From an uncultured Gammaproteobacteria bacterium (GTDB taxonomy: Bacteria > Patescibacteriota > Microgenomatia > Levybacterales > UBA12049): 64,000 nucleotides of DNA. A model generated the notes under the pieces. That model had not been told where the DNA came from and did not search any database. It saw nothing but the letters and a program-made list of their open reading frames with translations. The stretch is taken from NCBI GenBank assembly GCA_964416445.1, contig CAYQEE010000008.1, positions 6,450 to 70,449 of the forward strand. The letters run 5' to 3'. The translations under genes were made by a program, and so were the position numbers. This document shows positions 1 through 10,637 of this stretch, one piece after another (the first letter of the stretch is position 1; each line of letters starts with the position of its first letter).

Positions 1-1
1 T

Positions 2-868
2 AATGGAATTTGTGCTAATTGTTATGGATGGGATTTCAGCGTTAAAAGAAAAGTCAGACTTGGGGTACCTGTCGGCGTTATTGCTGCACAATCAATTGGA
101 GAACCAGGAACACAACTTACCATGCGGGTACGACATTTTGGAGGAGTTGTTATGAGTGACGTAACGCAAGGTTTACCTAGGGTAGAAGAATTATTTGAAA
201 TGAGAACACCAAAGAACCTTTCAGCAATTGCACAAATCACGGGAAAAGTCAAAGTTGAAACAACAGAAGAAGGATACAAAATTACCGTAAAGAATACGAA
301 AGTTACTCCAATGGAAGTGCAAGAATATTTTGTTCCTCTTGCTGCCGAGCTCGTTGTAAAAGATGGTGATGAAATTGTTGCAGGAACTCCATTTGCACGA
401 GGTTATTTGGATCCAAAGGAAATTCTTAAAGTGAATGGGCTGGAAGCGACACAACGATATGTTCTTGCTGAAGCACAAAAAGTATATGAATCTCAAGGAA
501 TTACGATTAACGATAAACATTTTGAAACAGTATTGCGAAAAATGTCTGATAAAGTTATCGTTGAAACCGTTGGTGATACTCCATTAATTCCTGGTGACTT
601 TATTACTAAAACTCGATTCGAAGATGTTAATGCTGAAACACTTTCTCAAGGTGGCGAACCTGCAACAGGAAGACAAGTAATGCTTGGAGTTACAAAAGCA
701 GCGTTATTCTCAGATTCATGGCTCTCAGCAGCATCATTTCAAGAAACAACGCGAGTACTTACAGAAGCAGCTTTGGAAGGCAGAATTGATAAACTTATTG
801 GTTTAAAAGAAAATGTTATTATCGGTCGGTTAATTCCTGTTGATGGAAAGGTTGAGGAACAAATTTAA
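2..868 (+). CDS. rpoC: DNA-directed RNA polymerase subunit beta' (C-terminal part; gene starts upstream of window)
   Basis: Translation in frame from nt 2 gives ...CANCYGWD...[18 protein letters not shown]..., the conserved beta' C-terminal region. Stop at 866-868. Directly precedes rpsL as in the str cluster. Confidence 0.9.
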   Translation, partial: NGICANCYGWDFSVKRKVRLGVPVGVIAAQSIGEPGTQLTMRVRHFGGVVMSDVTQGLPRVEELFEMRTPKNLSAIAQITGKVKVETTEEGYKITVKNTKVTPMEVQEYFVPLAAELVVKDGDEIVAGTPFARGYLDPKEILKVNGLEATQRYVLAEAQKVYESQGITINDKHFETVLRKMSDKVIVETVGDTPLIPGDFITKTRFEDVNAETLSQGGEPATGRQVMLGVTKAALFSDSWLSAASFQETTRVLTEAALEGRIDKLIGLKENVIIGRLIPVDGKVEEQI

Positions 869-869
869 T

Positions 870-1313
870 ATGCCAACATTATCTCAATTAGTACGAAAAG
901 GTCGATCAAAAAGATTCAAAAAAGTAAAAGCAACTGCATTACGTCGTTCATTTAATGCAAAAGATCGATTATACAAAGCATATAATTCACCACAGAAACG
1001 TGGCGTTGTTACGTTAGTAAAAACAATGACGCCAAAAAAGCCAAATTCTGCTCTTCGAAAAGTTGCTCGGGTGAAACTTTCAAATAGAACGGAAGTTACC
1101 GCTTATATTCAAGGAGTTGGCCATAGCCTTTCAGAACACGGAATTGTCTTAGTTCGTGGAGGAAGAGTAAAAGATTTACCAGGAGTAAAATATCATATCG
1201 TTCGTGGTAAGTTTGATTTACAAGGGGTACAGGGAAGAATGACCTCTCGCAGTATTTATGGAGCTAAGAAACCATCAAGTGGAGGAGGTAAGGCAGCACC
1301 AAAAGCCGCATAA
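870..1313 (+). CDS. rpsL: 30S ribosomal protein S12
   Basis: [12 protein letters not shown]...KVARVKLSN...GVKYHIVRG, a typical S12. ATG at 870 (ORF-track start 840 is an upstream in-frame extension). Short Gly/Ala-rich C-terminal extension. Confidence 0.95.
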   Translation: MPTLSQLVRKGRSKRFKKVKATALRRSFNAKDRLYKAYNSPQKRGVVTLVKTMTPKKPNSALRKVARVKLSNRTEVTAYIQGVGHSLSEHGIVLVRGGRVKDLPGVKYHIVRGKFDLQGVQGRMTSRSIYGAKKPSSGGGKAAPKAA

Positions 1314-1328
1314 TAACTTCAGAAAGCT

Positions 1329-1802
1329 ATGAGACATAAAAAAGTACAAAAACGAGAAATTTACCCGGACAAATTATATAATAATGTTCTTGTAACAAAA
1401 TTAATTAATCGTATCATGCGAGATGGGAAAAAAACAGTTGCAGAACAACTTATTTATGCTACTTTTGAAGGACTTAAAGCGAAAAATTTTGATCCATTAG
1501 CAACATATTTAAAGGCAATTGCAACAGTATCTCCTAAAGTAGAAATTAAAGCACGTCGAGTAGGAGGAGCAAATTATCAGGTACCGATTGAAGTAAGAAA
1601 AGATCGACAGGAAGCTCTCGCAATTCGATGGATTATAGAGGCAGCACGAAATAGGTCAAATAAAGATTATCATTCTTTTGATTTAAAATTAATTGCTGAA
1701 CTCTTAGATGTAATTGAGAATAAAGGTGAGGCAATTAAGAAACGAGACAATATGCTTCGACAAGCAGAAGCAAATAAAGCTTTTGCACACTTCAGGTGGT
1801 AA
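1329..1802 (+). CDS. rpsG: 30S ribosomal protein S7
   Basis: 157 aa with conserved S7 motifs (IMRDGKK, ARRVGGANYQVP). Follows rpsL. Confidence 0.95.
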   Translation: MRHKKVQKREIYPDKLYNNVLVTKLINRIMRDGKKTVAEQLIYATFEGLKAKNFDPLATYLKAIATVSPKVEIKARRVGGANYQVPIEVRKDRQEALAIRWIIEAARNRSNKDYHSFDLKLIAELLDVIENKGEAIKKRDNMLRQAEANKAFAHFRW

Positions 1803-1850
1803 ATATCCTATAATATTGACTTTTTCGCATTTTTTCGATAACCTAGTGCT

Positions 1851-2834
1851 ATGGAACACTTTCAATTAGGAAGAGAACAAGGTATATCGTATCAAATGCA
1901 GAGTTGGATCAATCGAGGAAGAGGAGTACGACGAAGTCCTCAAGATACTCCTCAGATACGTGCGCTCCGTTTTCAAGATACATTACTTGCAAATAATCTG
2001 GAACGATTGCATATGTTACAAACCCGAGAGCAATTGTTCTCTCTTTATGAAGACATGGGGAATATTGCAGGGCCTTTAAATACTATGATTTACCCTGCAG
2101 GGAGTCATGATATCTTCCCAATACTTCTTGCTCAAAAATTAGTTATTCTTGACAGGGCACCCCTCCTTTCTTCCCAAAACCCAGTTTCTTACCGAATTGA
2201 TTCTGCATTATCCAAAAGTCCACTTTCCATAGGAGAAATGCTTGCTGAAACGTCGCCACTACATGTCGATATAGAAAATAAATTAATTGATGCACAAATT
2301 CTGGTCCCCTATCTCTTAACCGATCGAATTCCTGGAGGATTTGAAGGACGTGGAAAAAAGCCAAATTCTGCCGAGGATAATTTTAGTGATATGCTTGCTT
2401 CATTAATGATTCTCGGTGTTGATATGCAATCAGTACGTATGCAAAAAACGAGATCAAATTCGTATACTATTGCCTTCACTTTGGATGGTATAAAAAAGCA
2501 AATAGTCTATATTACGGAGATATTACCAGAAGAAAGTAGTCATTTGACAGATAAAGAAAAACAGAGAGTTGTCTACAATGCTTTGCGAGGAATGAAATTA
2601 CCGAGAAGAACAGGGTTACTCAGTAAAGCAGACCAAAATAGAGTAGCTGCGAGTTTTATGATAGTAAAACCAGATGTCCTTTTCCTTGATAAGGAAACCT
2701 CAATGTTACCAGAAGGGCGTAATTATACGTATGAAACTATTCTTCGTGAACAAAAATATGGTGGTTTAGCCTATGGTTATAACGATTATACTCATAGAGG
2801 GAATTTGGTTTTAATAGGGAAATTAACCCAGTAA
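1851..2834 (+). CDS. hypothetical protein inserted between rpsG and fusA
   Basis: 327 aa ORF with no recognisable motif. Coding-like composition, sits where rpsG normally abuts fusA. Confidence 0.5.
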   Translation: MEHFQLGREQGISYQMQSWINRGRGVRRSPQDTPQIRALRFQDTLLANNLERLHMLQTREQLFSLYEDMGNIAGPLNTMIYPAGSHDIFPILLAQKLVILDRAPLLSSQNPVSYRIDSALSKSPLSIGEMLAETSPLHVDIENKLIDAQILVPYLLTDRIPGGFEGRGKKPNSAEDNFSDMLASLMILGVDMQSVRMQKTRSNSYTIAFTLDGIKKQIVYITEILPEESSHLTDKEKQRVVYNALRGMKLPRRTGLLSKADQNRVAASFMIVKPDVLFLDKETSMLPEGRNYTYETILREQKYGGLAYGYNDYTHRGNLVLIGKLTQ

Positions 2835-2838
2835 ATAG

Positions 2839-3525
2839 TTAATAGAGAGTAATGGTATTCATTTTGTCACCAACCTGAATACTTTGGACCACATTCATTC
2901 CATTAGTAACTTTTCCAAAAATGGTGTAATTATGAGGGAGTTGATCATTATCTGCTAACATAATGAAGAATTGGCTCCCATTGGTATTTGGTCCACGATT
3001 TGCCATTGCTACTACTCCAGCCTTATATCCTGCTTGATAACTCGGGGTGTTTGGATTAAGTTCGTCTTCAAATGTTGGTCCAAAAATTGAGTATCCTCCT
3101 GTTCCATTTCCATTGGGATCTCCTCCTTGAATAACAAAACCGGGAACAACTCGATGAAATGTCAATCCGTTATAGTAACCAATATGGGCAAGAGTTGCGA
3201 AGTTCGTCACGGTTTTTGGCGCATCTTGCGGGTAAAGTTGAATATCAATTTCTCCTTTATTTGTCATGATAGATGCAGCAGTAGCGTTAGTGACCCACAT
3301 TGTTTGAGGTATCACGGAGGGAACAGGATTTGTTTGTTGTTGCTGTTGGAGTGGGCTACTTGGTGCTTGAAGTAATGAAGTTGGTGTTGGAGTAATTTGA
3401 GCTGTTGGTTGTGAAGCGGTATTTAGTCCTATATCTGTCGAGGGGCTTTTTGATTGTGTGAAGATGGTTACTATTCCTAAAATGATCGCAATGATAATAA
3501 TAGTGATGATATAAAATTTTCCCAT
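2839..3525 (-). CDS. membrane-anchored peptidyl-prolyl cis-trans isomerase, cyclophilin type
   Basis: N-terminal TM helix, Pro/Thr/Gln-rich linker, then a cyclophilin core (HRVVPGFVIQGGDPNGNGTGG, MANRGPNTNGSQFFI). Confidence 0.85.
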   Translation of the reverse strand: MGKFYIITIIIIAIILGIVTIFTQSKSPSTDIGLNTASQPTAQITPTPTSLLQAPSSPLQQQQQTNPVPSVIPQTMWVTNATAASIMTNKGEIDIQLYPQDAPKTVTNFATLAHIGYYNGLTFHRVVPGFVIQGGDPNGNGTGGYSIFGPTFEDELNPNTPSYQAGYKAGVVAMANRGPNTNGSQFFIMLADNDQLPHNYTIFGKVTNGMNVVQSIQVGDKMNTITLY

Positions 3526-3622
3526 GTCGTTTAGCAGAAATTATTATAGTATAAAAACAAAAAATGTGGTATACTTAAATTCATTCCCGCAGGGAAGTTT
3601 TTGTTTCTTATAACTAATAATT

Positions 3623-5734
3623 ATGGCTGATACAGCAACACAACGACATGCAGAGTTAGATAAAATTCGAAATATTGGCATTATTGCGCATATTGACGCT
3701 GGGAAAACAACCACGACTGAAAGAATCTTATTTTATACAGGAAAAACGTATAAAATTGGGGATATTGATGAAGGTAATACCCAAATGGATTGGATGGAAC
3801 AAGAAAAAGAACGAGGTATTACTATTGTTTCTGCTGCAACTACCGCATTTTGGAAAGGTTACCGTATTAATATTATTGATACTCCAGGGCACGTTGACTT
3901 TACTGCAGAAGTAGAACGATCACTTCGAGTTCTTGATGGTGGTATTACGGTTCTCGATGCAGAAGAAGGTGTGCAATCACAATCAGAGACCGTATGGCGA
4001 CAAGCTGATAAGTACAAGGTTCCTCGAGTTTGTTTCGTAAATAAAATGGATAAACTTGGTGCAGATTTCTTAGCTACGGTAAAAAGCATTGAAGATAGAT
4101 TAGGTGCAAATCCGGCAATTATGGTTCTTCCTATTGGTACTGAAAGTACCTATATTGGTAATGTCGATTTACTAACCAGAAAAGCATATAAATGGGGGCA
4201 AGATGAATTAGGAGCAAAGTTTGAAATAAGTGATGAAATACCGTCAGAAATGAAAGAACAGGTTGAAGAATACCGTCATAAACTTATTGAAAAAATTGCT
4301 GAAACTGATGATGCGATGCTTGAGAAGTATTTAGCAGGTGAAGAACCATCAGTTGAGGAACTTAAAAAAGCGTTACGAGCAGCTGTTATTGCATATAAAT
4401 TAGTTCCTATTTATGCTGGCTCATCACTTAGACATAAAGGAGTACAACCGTTACTTGATGCAGTGCTTGATTATTTACCTTCACCCGTTGACCTTGGTGC
4501 AGTAAAAGGTGAAAATCCAAAAACAAATATGGCTGAAGAAAGAAAACTTGTTCCTGAAGAAAAATTGTGTGGATTAGCTTTTAAAATTCAAATTGATCCT
4601 CACGTCGGAAAGTTAACCTACTTTCGAGTCTATTCAGGAAAAGTGCAATCTGGTTCATATATTTATAACAGCACTAAAAATACGACTGAACGTATTGGGC
4701 GAATCCTTTTAATGCATGCAAACAATCGAGAAGAAATTAAAGAAGCATTTGCTGGAGAAATCGTTGCGCTTGTTGGCTTAAAAGATACGATTACCGGAGA
4801 TACTTTATGCGATGAGAAAGCACCAATTGTTTTAGAAAAAATTACTTTTCCAGAACCAGTTATTTCTCTTGCTATCGAACCGAAAACAAAAATTGATCAA
4901 GAAAAACTTGGATTAGCATTGAAACGTTTAACTGAAGAGGATCCGACATTTCAAGTAAAAACGAATCATGAAACAGGGCAAACTATTATTTCTGGTATTG
5001 GCGAATTACAACTTGAAGTTATGGTAGACCGTATGAAAAGAGAATTTGGTGTTTTAGCAAATGTTGGCGCACCACAAGTAGCTTATAAGGAAACGGTTAA
5101 ATCAACAGCTGAAGCAGAAGGTAAATACATTCGTCAATCAGGAGGGCGTGGACAATATGGTCATTGTTATTTACGAATTGAACCAAAACCTCGCGGAGAA
5201 GGTTTCGAATTTGTTAACGCAATTAAAGGAGGAGCTATTCCTCAAGAGTTTATTATTTCTGTACAAAAAGGTGTCAAAGAATCAATCGAAAATGGAGTGC
5301 TCCTTGGATACCCTGTTGTTGATGTTCAAGTAACTTTATATGACGGATCCTATCATGATGTTGATTCTTCTGATGTAGCCTTTAAAATTGCTGCTTCAAT
5401 GGCGTTTCAAGCTGCTTCAAAAAAAGCAGACCTTACCTTGCTTGAACCAGTTATGTTAGTTGAAGTAACCACACCATCAGAATATATGGGAGATGTTATT
5501 GGAGATCTTTCAGCAAAACGAGCACAAATCATGGGTACCGAAGAACGATCTCGAGCAACCATTATTAAAGCAATGGTGCCATTAGCCGAATTGTCAGGGT
5601 ATGCAACAACACTTCGATCTATGTCAAAAGGTCGAGCTTCATATTATATGGAGCCATCTCACTATGAGGAAGTTCCAAATAATATTGTGCAACAAATGCT
5701 TGCAAAATCCACATTCACCGGAAGAGTTGAGTAA
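3623..5734 (+). CDS. fusA: elongation factor G
   Basis: 703 aa. [16 protein letters not shown]1 motif, DTPGHVDF, full EF-G domain order. Confidence 0.95.
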   Translation: MADTATQRHAELDKIRNIGIIAHIDAGKTTTTERILFYTGKTYKIGDIDEGNTQMDWMEQEKERGITIVSAATTAFWKGYRINIIDTPGHVDFTAEVERSLRVLDGGITVLDAEEGVQSQSETVWRQADKYKVPRVCFVNKMDKLGADFLATVKSIEDRLGANPAIMVLPIGTESTYIGNVDLLTRKAYKWGQDELGAKFEISDEIPSEMKEQVEEYRHKLIEKIAETDDAMLEKYLAGEEPSVEELKKALRAAVIAYKLVPIYAGSSLRHKGVQPLLDAVLDYLPSPVDLGAVKGENPKTNMAEERKLVPEEKLCGLAFKIQIDPHVGKLTYFRVYSGKVQSGSYIYNSTKNTTERIGRILLMHANNREEIKEAFAGEIVALVGLKDTITGDTLCDEKAPIVLEKITFPEPVISLAIEPKTKIDQEKLGLALKRLTEEDPTFQVKTNHETGQTIISGIGELQLEVMVDRMKREFGVLANVGAPQVAYKETVKSTAEAEGKYIRQSGGRGQYGHCYLRIEPKPRGEGFEFVNAIKGGAIPQEFIISVQKGVKESIENGVLLGYPVVDVQVTLYDGSYHDVDSSDVAFKIAASMAFQAASKKADLTLLEPVMLVEVTTPSEYMGDVIGDLSAKRAQIMGTEERSRATIIKAMVPLAELSGYATTLRSMSKGRASYYMEPSHYEEVPNNIVQQMLAKSTFTGRVE

Positions 5735-5803
5735 TTCTTTTTCAATACAAATTGTGAAATTTTTAGTTGAGTCTCGCTTGTCTATCAAGTATAATTAAGA
5801 ATA

Positions 5804-6982
5804 ATGGCAAGAAAAAAAATATCTGAATTTACTGCGAAGTCTCTCTTGTTTTCTCGTCTTGGTATACCATATACAGGAGTGTCTCTTATTGGTACTGATA
5901 CTGTTACTCCCTCAAACTTTGACAAAGATAAACTCTATGTTGTGAAAGTCGATGAAGGTGTTAAAGGAAGGATGAAAAAAGGATTAGTATCACTAAAGGT
6001 TCCTGCTACGGAGATACGAAATAAAATACAAGAATTGAGTGAAAAAGGATATCATCGATTTCTTGTCGAAGAATTTATTCCCCATGAAGCATTCCAAGAA
6101 AAATATTTTTCACTCGAAAGAACACGAGAAGGAATAACAATGTATTATTCTGATAAAGGAGGAATTGATATTGAATCTAACCAACAGACGGTTCAGAAGA
6201 CAATACTTGATAAAAGTACGACTGAATCAGTAACTTCTTTTTTAGGATTATCTCTTACTGCATTTCAAAAAATCATTACTGTTTTTAATGAACTCTATTT
6301 CTCTTTTCTTGAAGTTAATCCTCTTGTTATTACTGAAGACGCGATATATTTTTTAGATCTTGCTGTGGAGGTGGATAGTAGTGCGGAATTTTTTGTGAAA
6401 GATGGGTGGACAGCACTTGATTTTGTTGGGGATGAGCTTTTCGGCCAAAAAACAGAAGAAGAGAAAAATATTATTGCATTGAAAGCAAAAAGCCAAGCAG
6501 CATTTAAATTAGACATGCTTAATCCTCAAGGATCAATATGGATGTTATTATCAGGTGGAGGTGCAAGTATTGTCCTTGCTGATGAGGCATATAATCAAGG
6601 ACGAGGTACTGATGTTGCAAATTATGGAGAATATAGCGGTAATCCGAATCAAGAAGAAACATATATTTACACCAAAAATATTTTAAAGTTATTGCTAAAA
6701 TCACCGGCGCCAAAAAAAGTTTTAATTATTGGTGGCGGAGTTGCTAACTTTACTGATATTAAAACAACATTTGGAGGAGTCATCCGAGCTTTGGATGAAG
6801 TAAAAGATGATCTTGCAAAGCAACATGTCAAAGTATTTGTTCGTCGAGGAGGACCAAATCAGGAAGCAGGATTGCATGCAATGAAAATCTTTTTACAAAA
6901 TGCGCAAATTTTGGGAGGAGTATGGGATCCGTCACTCGTCTTGTCTGATGTTATAACAAAAGCGAAAGAGGAACTTTCGTAA
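5804..6982 (+). CDS. aclB: ATP-citrate lyase small (ATP-grasp) subunit
   Basis: 392 aa. N-terminus MARKKISEFTAKSLL matches the ACLY N-terminus (MSAKAISEQTGKELL). Segments KKVLIIGGGVANFTDIKTTFGGVIRAL and VFVRRGGPNQEAGL align to human ACLY residues in its N-terminal ATP-grasp part. Confidence 0.8.
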   Translation: MARKKISEFTAKSLLFSRLGIPYTGVSLIGTDTVTPSNFDKDKLYVVKVDEGVKGRMKKGLVSLKVPATEIRNKIQELSEKGYHRFLVEEFIPHEAFQEKYFSLERTREGITMYYSDKGGIDIESNQQTVQKTILDKSTTESVTSFLGLSLTAFQKIITVFNELYFSFLEVNPLVITEDAIYFLDLAVEVDSSAEFFVKDGWTALDFVGDELFGQKTEEEKNIIALKAKSQAAFKLDMLNPQGSIWMLLSGGGASIVLADEAYNQGRGTDVANYGEYSGNPNQEETYIYTKNILKLLLKSPAPKKVLIIGGGVANFTDIKTTFGGVIRALDEVKDDLAKQHVKVFVRRGGPNQEAGLHAMKIFLQNAQILGGVWDPSLVLSDVITKAKEELS

Positions 6983-6987
6983 TATAT

Positions 6988-8775
6988 ATGTTAGATATTG
7001 CATTATTAAGACAACAAAAAGAGTATCAGGTTATTGCAATTGGAAGCTATCCAACGGTAATTCAATCAGTTCTTGATTTTGATTATTTATCAGGAAAGGA
7101 AAAACCGAGTATTGTTGGAATCATTGCTGGAGGGAGAAAATCAGAGCGGTACTTTTTTGGTAAAAAGGAGATCCTCATTCCGGTATTTTCGGATGTTGCA
7201 GTAATTCCTGAAAAGTTTCGAAATGAAATAACGTTGTTTATTAACTTAACTTCCGGAAGACGAGTATTCGAAAGTTCTCTTAAAGCAATTGATACCTTTC
7301 CTCATCTGCTTGGAGGAACACTGTTTGCTGAAAATGTTCCAGAACTTCATAGTATCGAACTTTTTAAAAAAACAGAAGAAACAAATACCTTTATTGTGGG
7401 GCCTGCAAGTGTTGGACTCCTTCTTCCGAATGCTTTGAAACTTGGGGCAATTGGTGGTGTCGATATTCGACAGTTAGAGAGTGCCCATTTGTTTACGAAA
7501 GGAAATGTCGCAGTTTTTTCTTCCTCTGGAGGAATGACAAATGAGTTAATTAATATTGTGACGAGTTCCGGAAAACGAATATCTTTTGCGTTATCATTTG
7601 GTGGTGACCGGTTTCCCATTGTTAGTCCTATGGAAGCATTCTTGGCTGCTGAACGAGATCCGGAAACTGAACATATTATCTACTTTGGTGAATTAGGGGG
7701 ATATGATGAATACGAAATAGCACATGCACTAAAGGAAGGACGAATTACAAAACCAGTCATTTGTTATATCGCAGGGGTCATTTCAGATATGTTTCCCAAA
7801 CCTCCTCAATTTGGTCATGCCAAAGCAATGGCAGGGAAAAAAGAGGAAGGAGCAAAAGCAAAACGAAAAGCACTTTCCGATGCAGGAGCAATTGCTGCAG
7901 AATCTTTTGCTGCGTTTGTTGATACGATTGCTGCTTTGCAAGTGCCTCAGTTTGAAGAAAGAGACTTTCGTGGACAAATGCAAGAAATTGCAACGCGACA
8001 ACATGCGCTCATTGCATCAAGTATTTCGAAGGATGTTAGCGGAGAAGTACACATTTTAGGTGAAGAATTACTTTCTTTTACCAAAAATCATTCATTTGCA
8101 TCAAATGTTGCAGCCATGTTTCTTGGAAAGAATAACGTTACAAGCGAAACAGAAGCATTCATTGATTTTATTCTCCGACTATTAGTAGATCATGGACCAT
8201 ATGTATCAGGAGTAATGAATACTGTTGTTACTGCTCGTGCAGGAAAAGATCTTGTGGCATCCCTTGCGGCAGGATTACTAACCGTTGGTCCACGATTTGG
8301 TGGTGCAATAAATCAAGCAGCAGCAAATTGGTTGAAGGGAACTCAGGAAAAACAAGATGCATATGATTTTGTTGAAGCGTTTGCAAGTCGCAAACAATAT
8401 ATATCAGGTATTGGACATCGGAAATATCGCGTTGATTTTCCTGACCCTCGGGTCACCGAAATTCTTCAATTTAGTAATTCGTTGAAAAAAAAGCGGTTTA
8501 CTGATTTTGCTAAAGCTATTGAAAAAGTAACAGTTTCGAAAAAAGGTAATTTGATCTTGAATGTGGATGGAGCAATTGCAGCAGTATTGTTAGATATTCT
8601 TTCAGAAAAAGAAGAAATGGTTGATGCTCAGCTTCAACAACTTGTCGAAACCGAGTTCTTTAATGCATTATTTGTTTTATCTCGAAGCGTCGGATTTATT
8701 GCTCACTTTCTTGATCAAAAACGATTAGATGAAGGGCTTTTCCGTCTTACCGAAAACCAAGTTGCCGAAGCATAA
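6988..8775 (+). CDS. aclA: ATP-citrate lyase large subunit (CoA-binding / phosphohistidine domain fused to a citrate-synthase-like citryl-CoA lyase domain)
   Basis: 595 aa. PVICYIAGVISDMFPKPPQFGHAKAMAG matches the ACLY catalytic His loop. C-terminal LILNVDGAIAAVLLDIL and FVLSRSVGFIAHFLDQKRL match the citrate-synthase-like domain of ACLY. Gene order aclB-aclA as in Chlorobium. Confidence 0.8.
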   Translation: MLDIALLRQQKEYQVIAIGSYPTVIQSVLDFDYLSGKEKPSIVGIIAGGRKSERYFFGKKEILIPVFSDVAVIPEKFRNEITLFINLTSGRRVFESSLKAIDTFPHLLGGTLFAENVPELHSIELFKKTEETNTFIVGPASVGLLLPNALKLGAIGGVDIRQLESAHLFTKGNVAVFSSSGGMTNELINIVTSSGKRISFALSFGGDRFPIVSPMEAFLAAERDPETEHIIYFGELGGYDEYEIAHALKEGRITKPVICYIAGVISDMFPKPPQFGHAKAMAGKKEEGAKAKRKALSDAGAIAAESFAAFVDTIAALQVPQFEERDFRGQMQEIATRQHALIASSISKDVSGEVHILGEELLSFTKNHSFASNVAAMFLGKNNVTSETEAFIDFILRLLVDHGPYVSGVMNTVVTARAGKDLVASLAAGLLTVGPRFGGAINQAAANWLKGTQEKQDAYDFVEAFASRKQYISGIGHRKYRVDFPDPRVTEILQFSNSLKKKRFTDFAKAIEKVTVSKKGNLILNVDGAIAAVLLDILSEKEEMVDAQLQQLVETEFFNALFVLSRSVGFIAHFLDQKRLDEGLFRLTENQVAEA

Positions 8776-8937
8776 AATATCAGAAACTCCCCTTTTTATA
8801 CAGCAAATGGAAATATCTTTTTTCTGATAGCACAATATTCTCCTTAGAACACAAATATTCTTCTCTTTTTACAAAAAAGCCTAAGCAAAAAATATTGATT
8901 GAGCCTAATTTATACCCAAATTGGGGAATTTTTCCAT

Positions 8938-9840
8938 TTAATGGAGTTGCGCACTAATCATAATACGACCTTGTCGGGCACGGTGAGAAAATGATTTACC
9001 ATTCTGTGCAAGAACAACGTTATCTGAAGTATATGCTTCTATGTTTTTCCCTGGAATGTATATTGAGTTAATTTGGTCAAAAAGAAGACGTAAGTTATCT
9101 AAGTGATAAGGACCATTCTTAACATGTTGAATGATGTATGGTTCCCACATAGCGAAATTTTTCAATTCAGTCGTAATATGTTCGGGCTGAATAATATGAT
9201 TTTCAGGCCCAATCCCTTGGACGATCCCTATAGTGATCTGTAAAGGATCGCAGGCATAATAACTAATCAGGTGAGCAAGTGCATTTCGAGGAAGCTGAGC
9301 ATCTAACTCTCTTCTCCCGGCATGAATGAGACCGATGACATGGATACCTAATCGGTTAATAGCATGGACGGTCAAAGTGTGGCAGTCTCCAGAGGTCATA
9401 AGAATTGGAATTCGGGGAAGGGTTGTGAAAATAGCTCCTCCGGGCAAAAAAATACCTCTGTCAGTTTTTTCACTCATTGCTATAGTTGATGTGGACAAAT
9501 CGATAATTCGCGTATCTCCTGAAGCAGCTTGAAGGTACGTAGACTGCCGGATATCTTCCATACCTAACATCGCTAAGTGCTGTTCTATCCGTTGTTTCAC
9601 GCGGGCAATGGCCTCATTTTTGGTCGCTTCATCACTAAATCCAGGTTCCCATTTGTACGACATATTCTGAGACCCTTTTCCATAGGTAAAGCCATGCAAG
9701 AAAGGACTATTTTTGAACAGTTTAAATCCTGCGATATTTCGCTTTACTATATAAGCTTGGGTCCGTAACAACGGTGTGGAGGATGTAGGTAAGATTTTGA
9801 CTTTATTCATAATCCTCACCTCTTTAGGCAAGGGATGCAT
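8938..9840 (-). CDS. YfiH/PgeF (DUF152, laccase-domain) family protein
   Basis: 300 aa. SGDCHTL and HAGRREL resemble the conserved Cys and His-Ala-Gly-Trp-Arg motifs of YfiH family purine nucleoside-processing enzymes. Confidence 0.5.
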   Translation of the reverse strand: MHPLPKEVRIMNKVKILPTSSTPLLRTQAYIVKRNIAGFKLFKNSPFLHGFTYGKGSQNMSYKWEPGFSDEATKNEAIARVKQRIEQHLAMLGMEDIRQSTYLQAASGDTRIIDLSTSTIAMSEKTDRGIFLPGGAIFTTLPRIPILMTSGDCHTLTVHAINRLGIHVIGLIHAGRRELDAQLPRNALAHLISYYACDPLQITIGIVQGIGPENHIIQPEHITTELKNFAMWEPYIIQHVKNGPYHLDNLRLLFDQINSIYIPGKNIEAYTSDNVVLAQNGKSFSHRARQGRIMISAQLH

Positions 9841-9905
9841 TATAGCATGTTTTCTCGAATTGTTCTCTATTATACACTACTCTTGCAAGTGCCTCCTGAG
9901 AACGA

Positions 9906-10529
9906 TTATTGCAGGGTAATATGGATTCTCGCCTGATCTAAAATAGCAGGGTACTGCAATTGTGTCTTTAGCTGTACTTGGTATAACTTATTTCCTGAGT
10001 CAAGGGTGATTGGTGAGGAAATGAGAAGGAGTGGCTTGCCGCCAGAAAGGGTGACATCAGAAAACCATACAGGATGTTGGTCAGTGACATTGAAGAGCCG
10101 TACGCTTGCCCATTCATTGCCGGTAGGAATGTGGACTGAGGCTTCAAAAACTACCTGCTTCAGGGCAGGATATTGGGAGCTGTCAATATAGGTTTGTAAC
10201 CCGGTGACATTTGTCCAGTCTGCTGCATTACCTTCTCCAGACCCAAAAGGTACGAAGTATTCTTTTACTGCGGGAGGCTGATAATGGTATGTTATTTGAG
10301 AGGCTACGGTAGGTGTTGGTGAAGATGTTGATGGTATGATGCTGGTTGGAAGTGGGGATGGAAGGGCAAGGGGAGACGTAATAGTTTGCGACTGCTGACT
10401 TGCTGCTGCAATAGGCATTTGCGGAACATGCCCAAGAATAACAACGTCGAGTATAATTAAATTAATAACAAATGCTATTTCAATAAAAGAGAGTAAGGAT
10501 TGCCGAAACCAACGGTAACGAAAACGCAT
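9906..10529 (-). CDS. membrane-anchored secreted hypothetical protein
   Basis: N-terminal TM helix, Ser/Thr/Pro-rich linker, then a roughly 130 aa domain with no assignable family. Confidence 0.5.
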   Translation of the reverse strand: MRFRYRWFRQSLLSFIEIAFVINLIILDVVILGHVPQMPIAAASQQSQTITSPLALPSPLPTSIIPSTSSPTPTVASQITYHYQPPAVKEYFVPFGSGEGNAADWTNVTGLQTYIDSSQYPALKQVVFEASVHIPTGNEWASVRLFNVTDQHPVWFSDVTLSGGKPLLLISSPITLDSGNKLYQVQLKTQLQYPAILDQARIHITLQ

Positions 10530-10637
10530 ATACTATCAGCGTAAAAAAAAGTATCATCACTGTCAAGTTTTGGTATCATTTCCTTATCCGATAGTTGACA
10601 GTCGAACTTGTCGTATGTAATGCTTATATGACTGTCC

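Noticed and set aside
221-520. 99-aa ORF on the minus strand inside rpoC
   Set aside because: Fully antisense to the conserved rpoC reading frame. AT-rich, Phe/Asn/Ile-rich translation typical of spurious antisense ORFs.
3675-3914. Small ORFs inside fusA; similar ones lie inside aclA (7347-8059), tuf, the Clp-like gene and secY
   Set aside because: Out-of-frame or antisense overlaps with well-supported conserved genes. No start or RBS context.
8776-8937. Searched intergenic spacers (8776-8937, 46095-46308, 49120-49354 and others) for tRNA genes
   Set aside because: No cloverleaf-compatible sequence or GTTCGA/T-loop-like motif seen. No tRNA or rRNA genes supported in this window.
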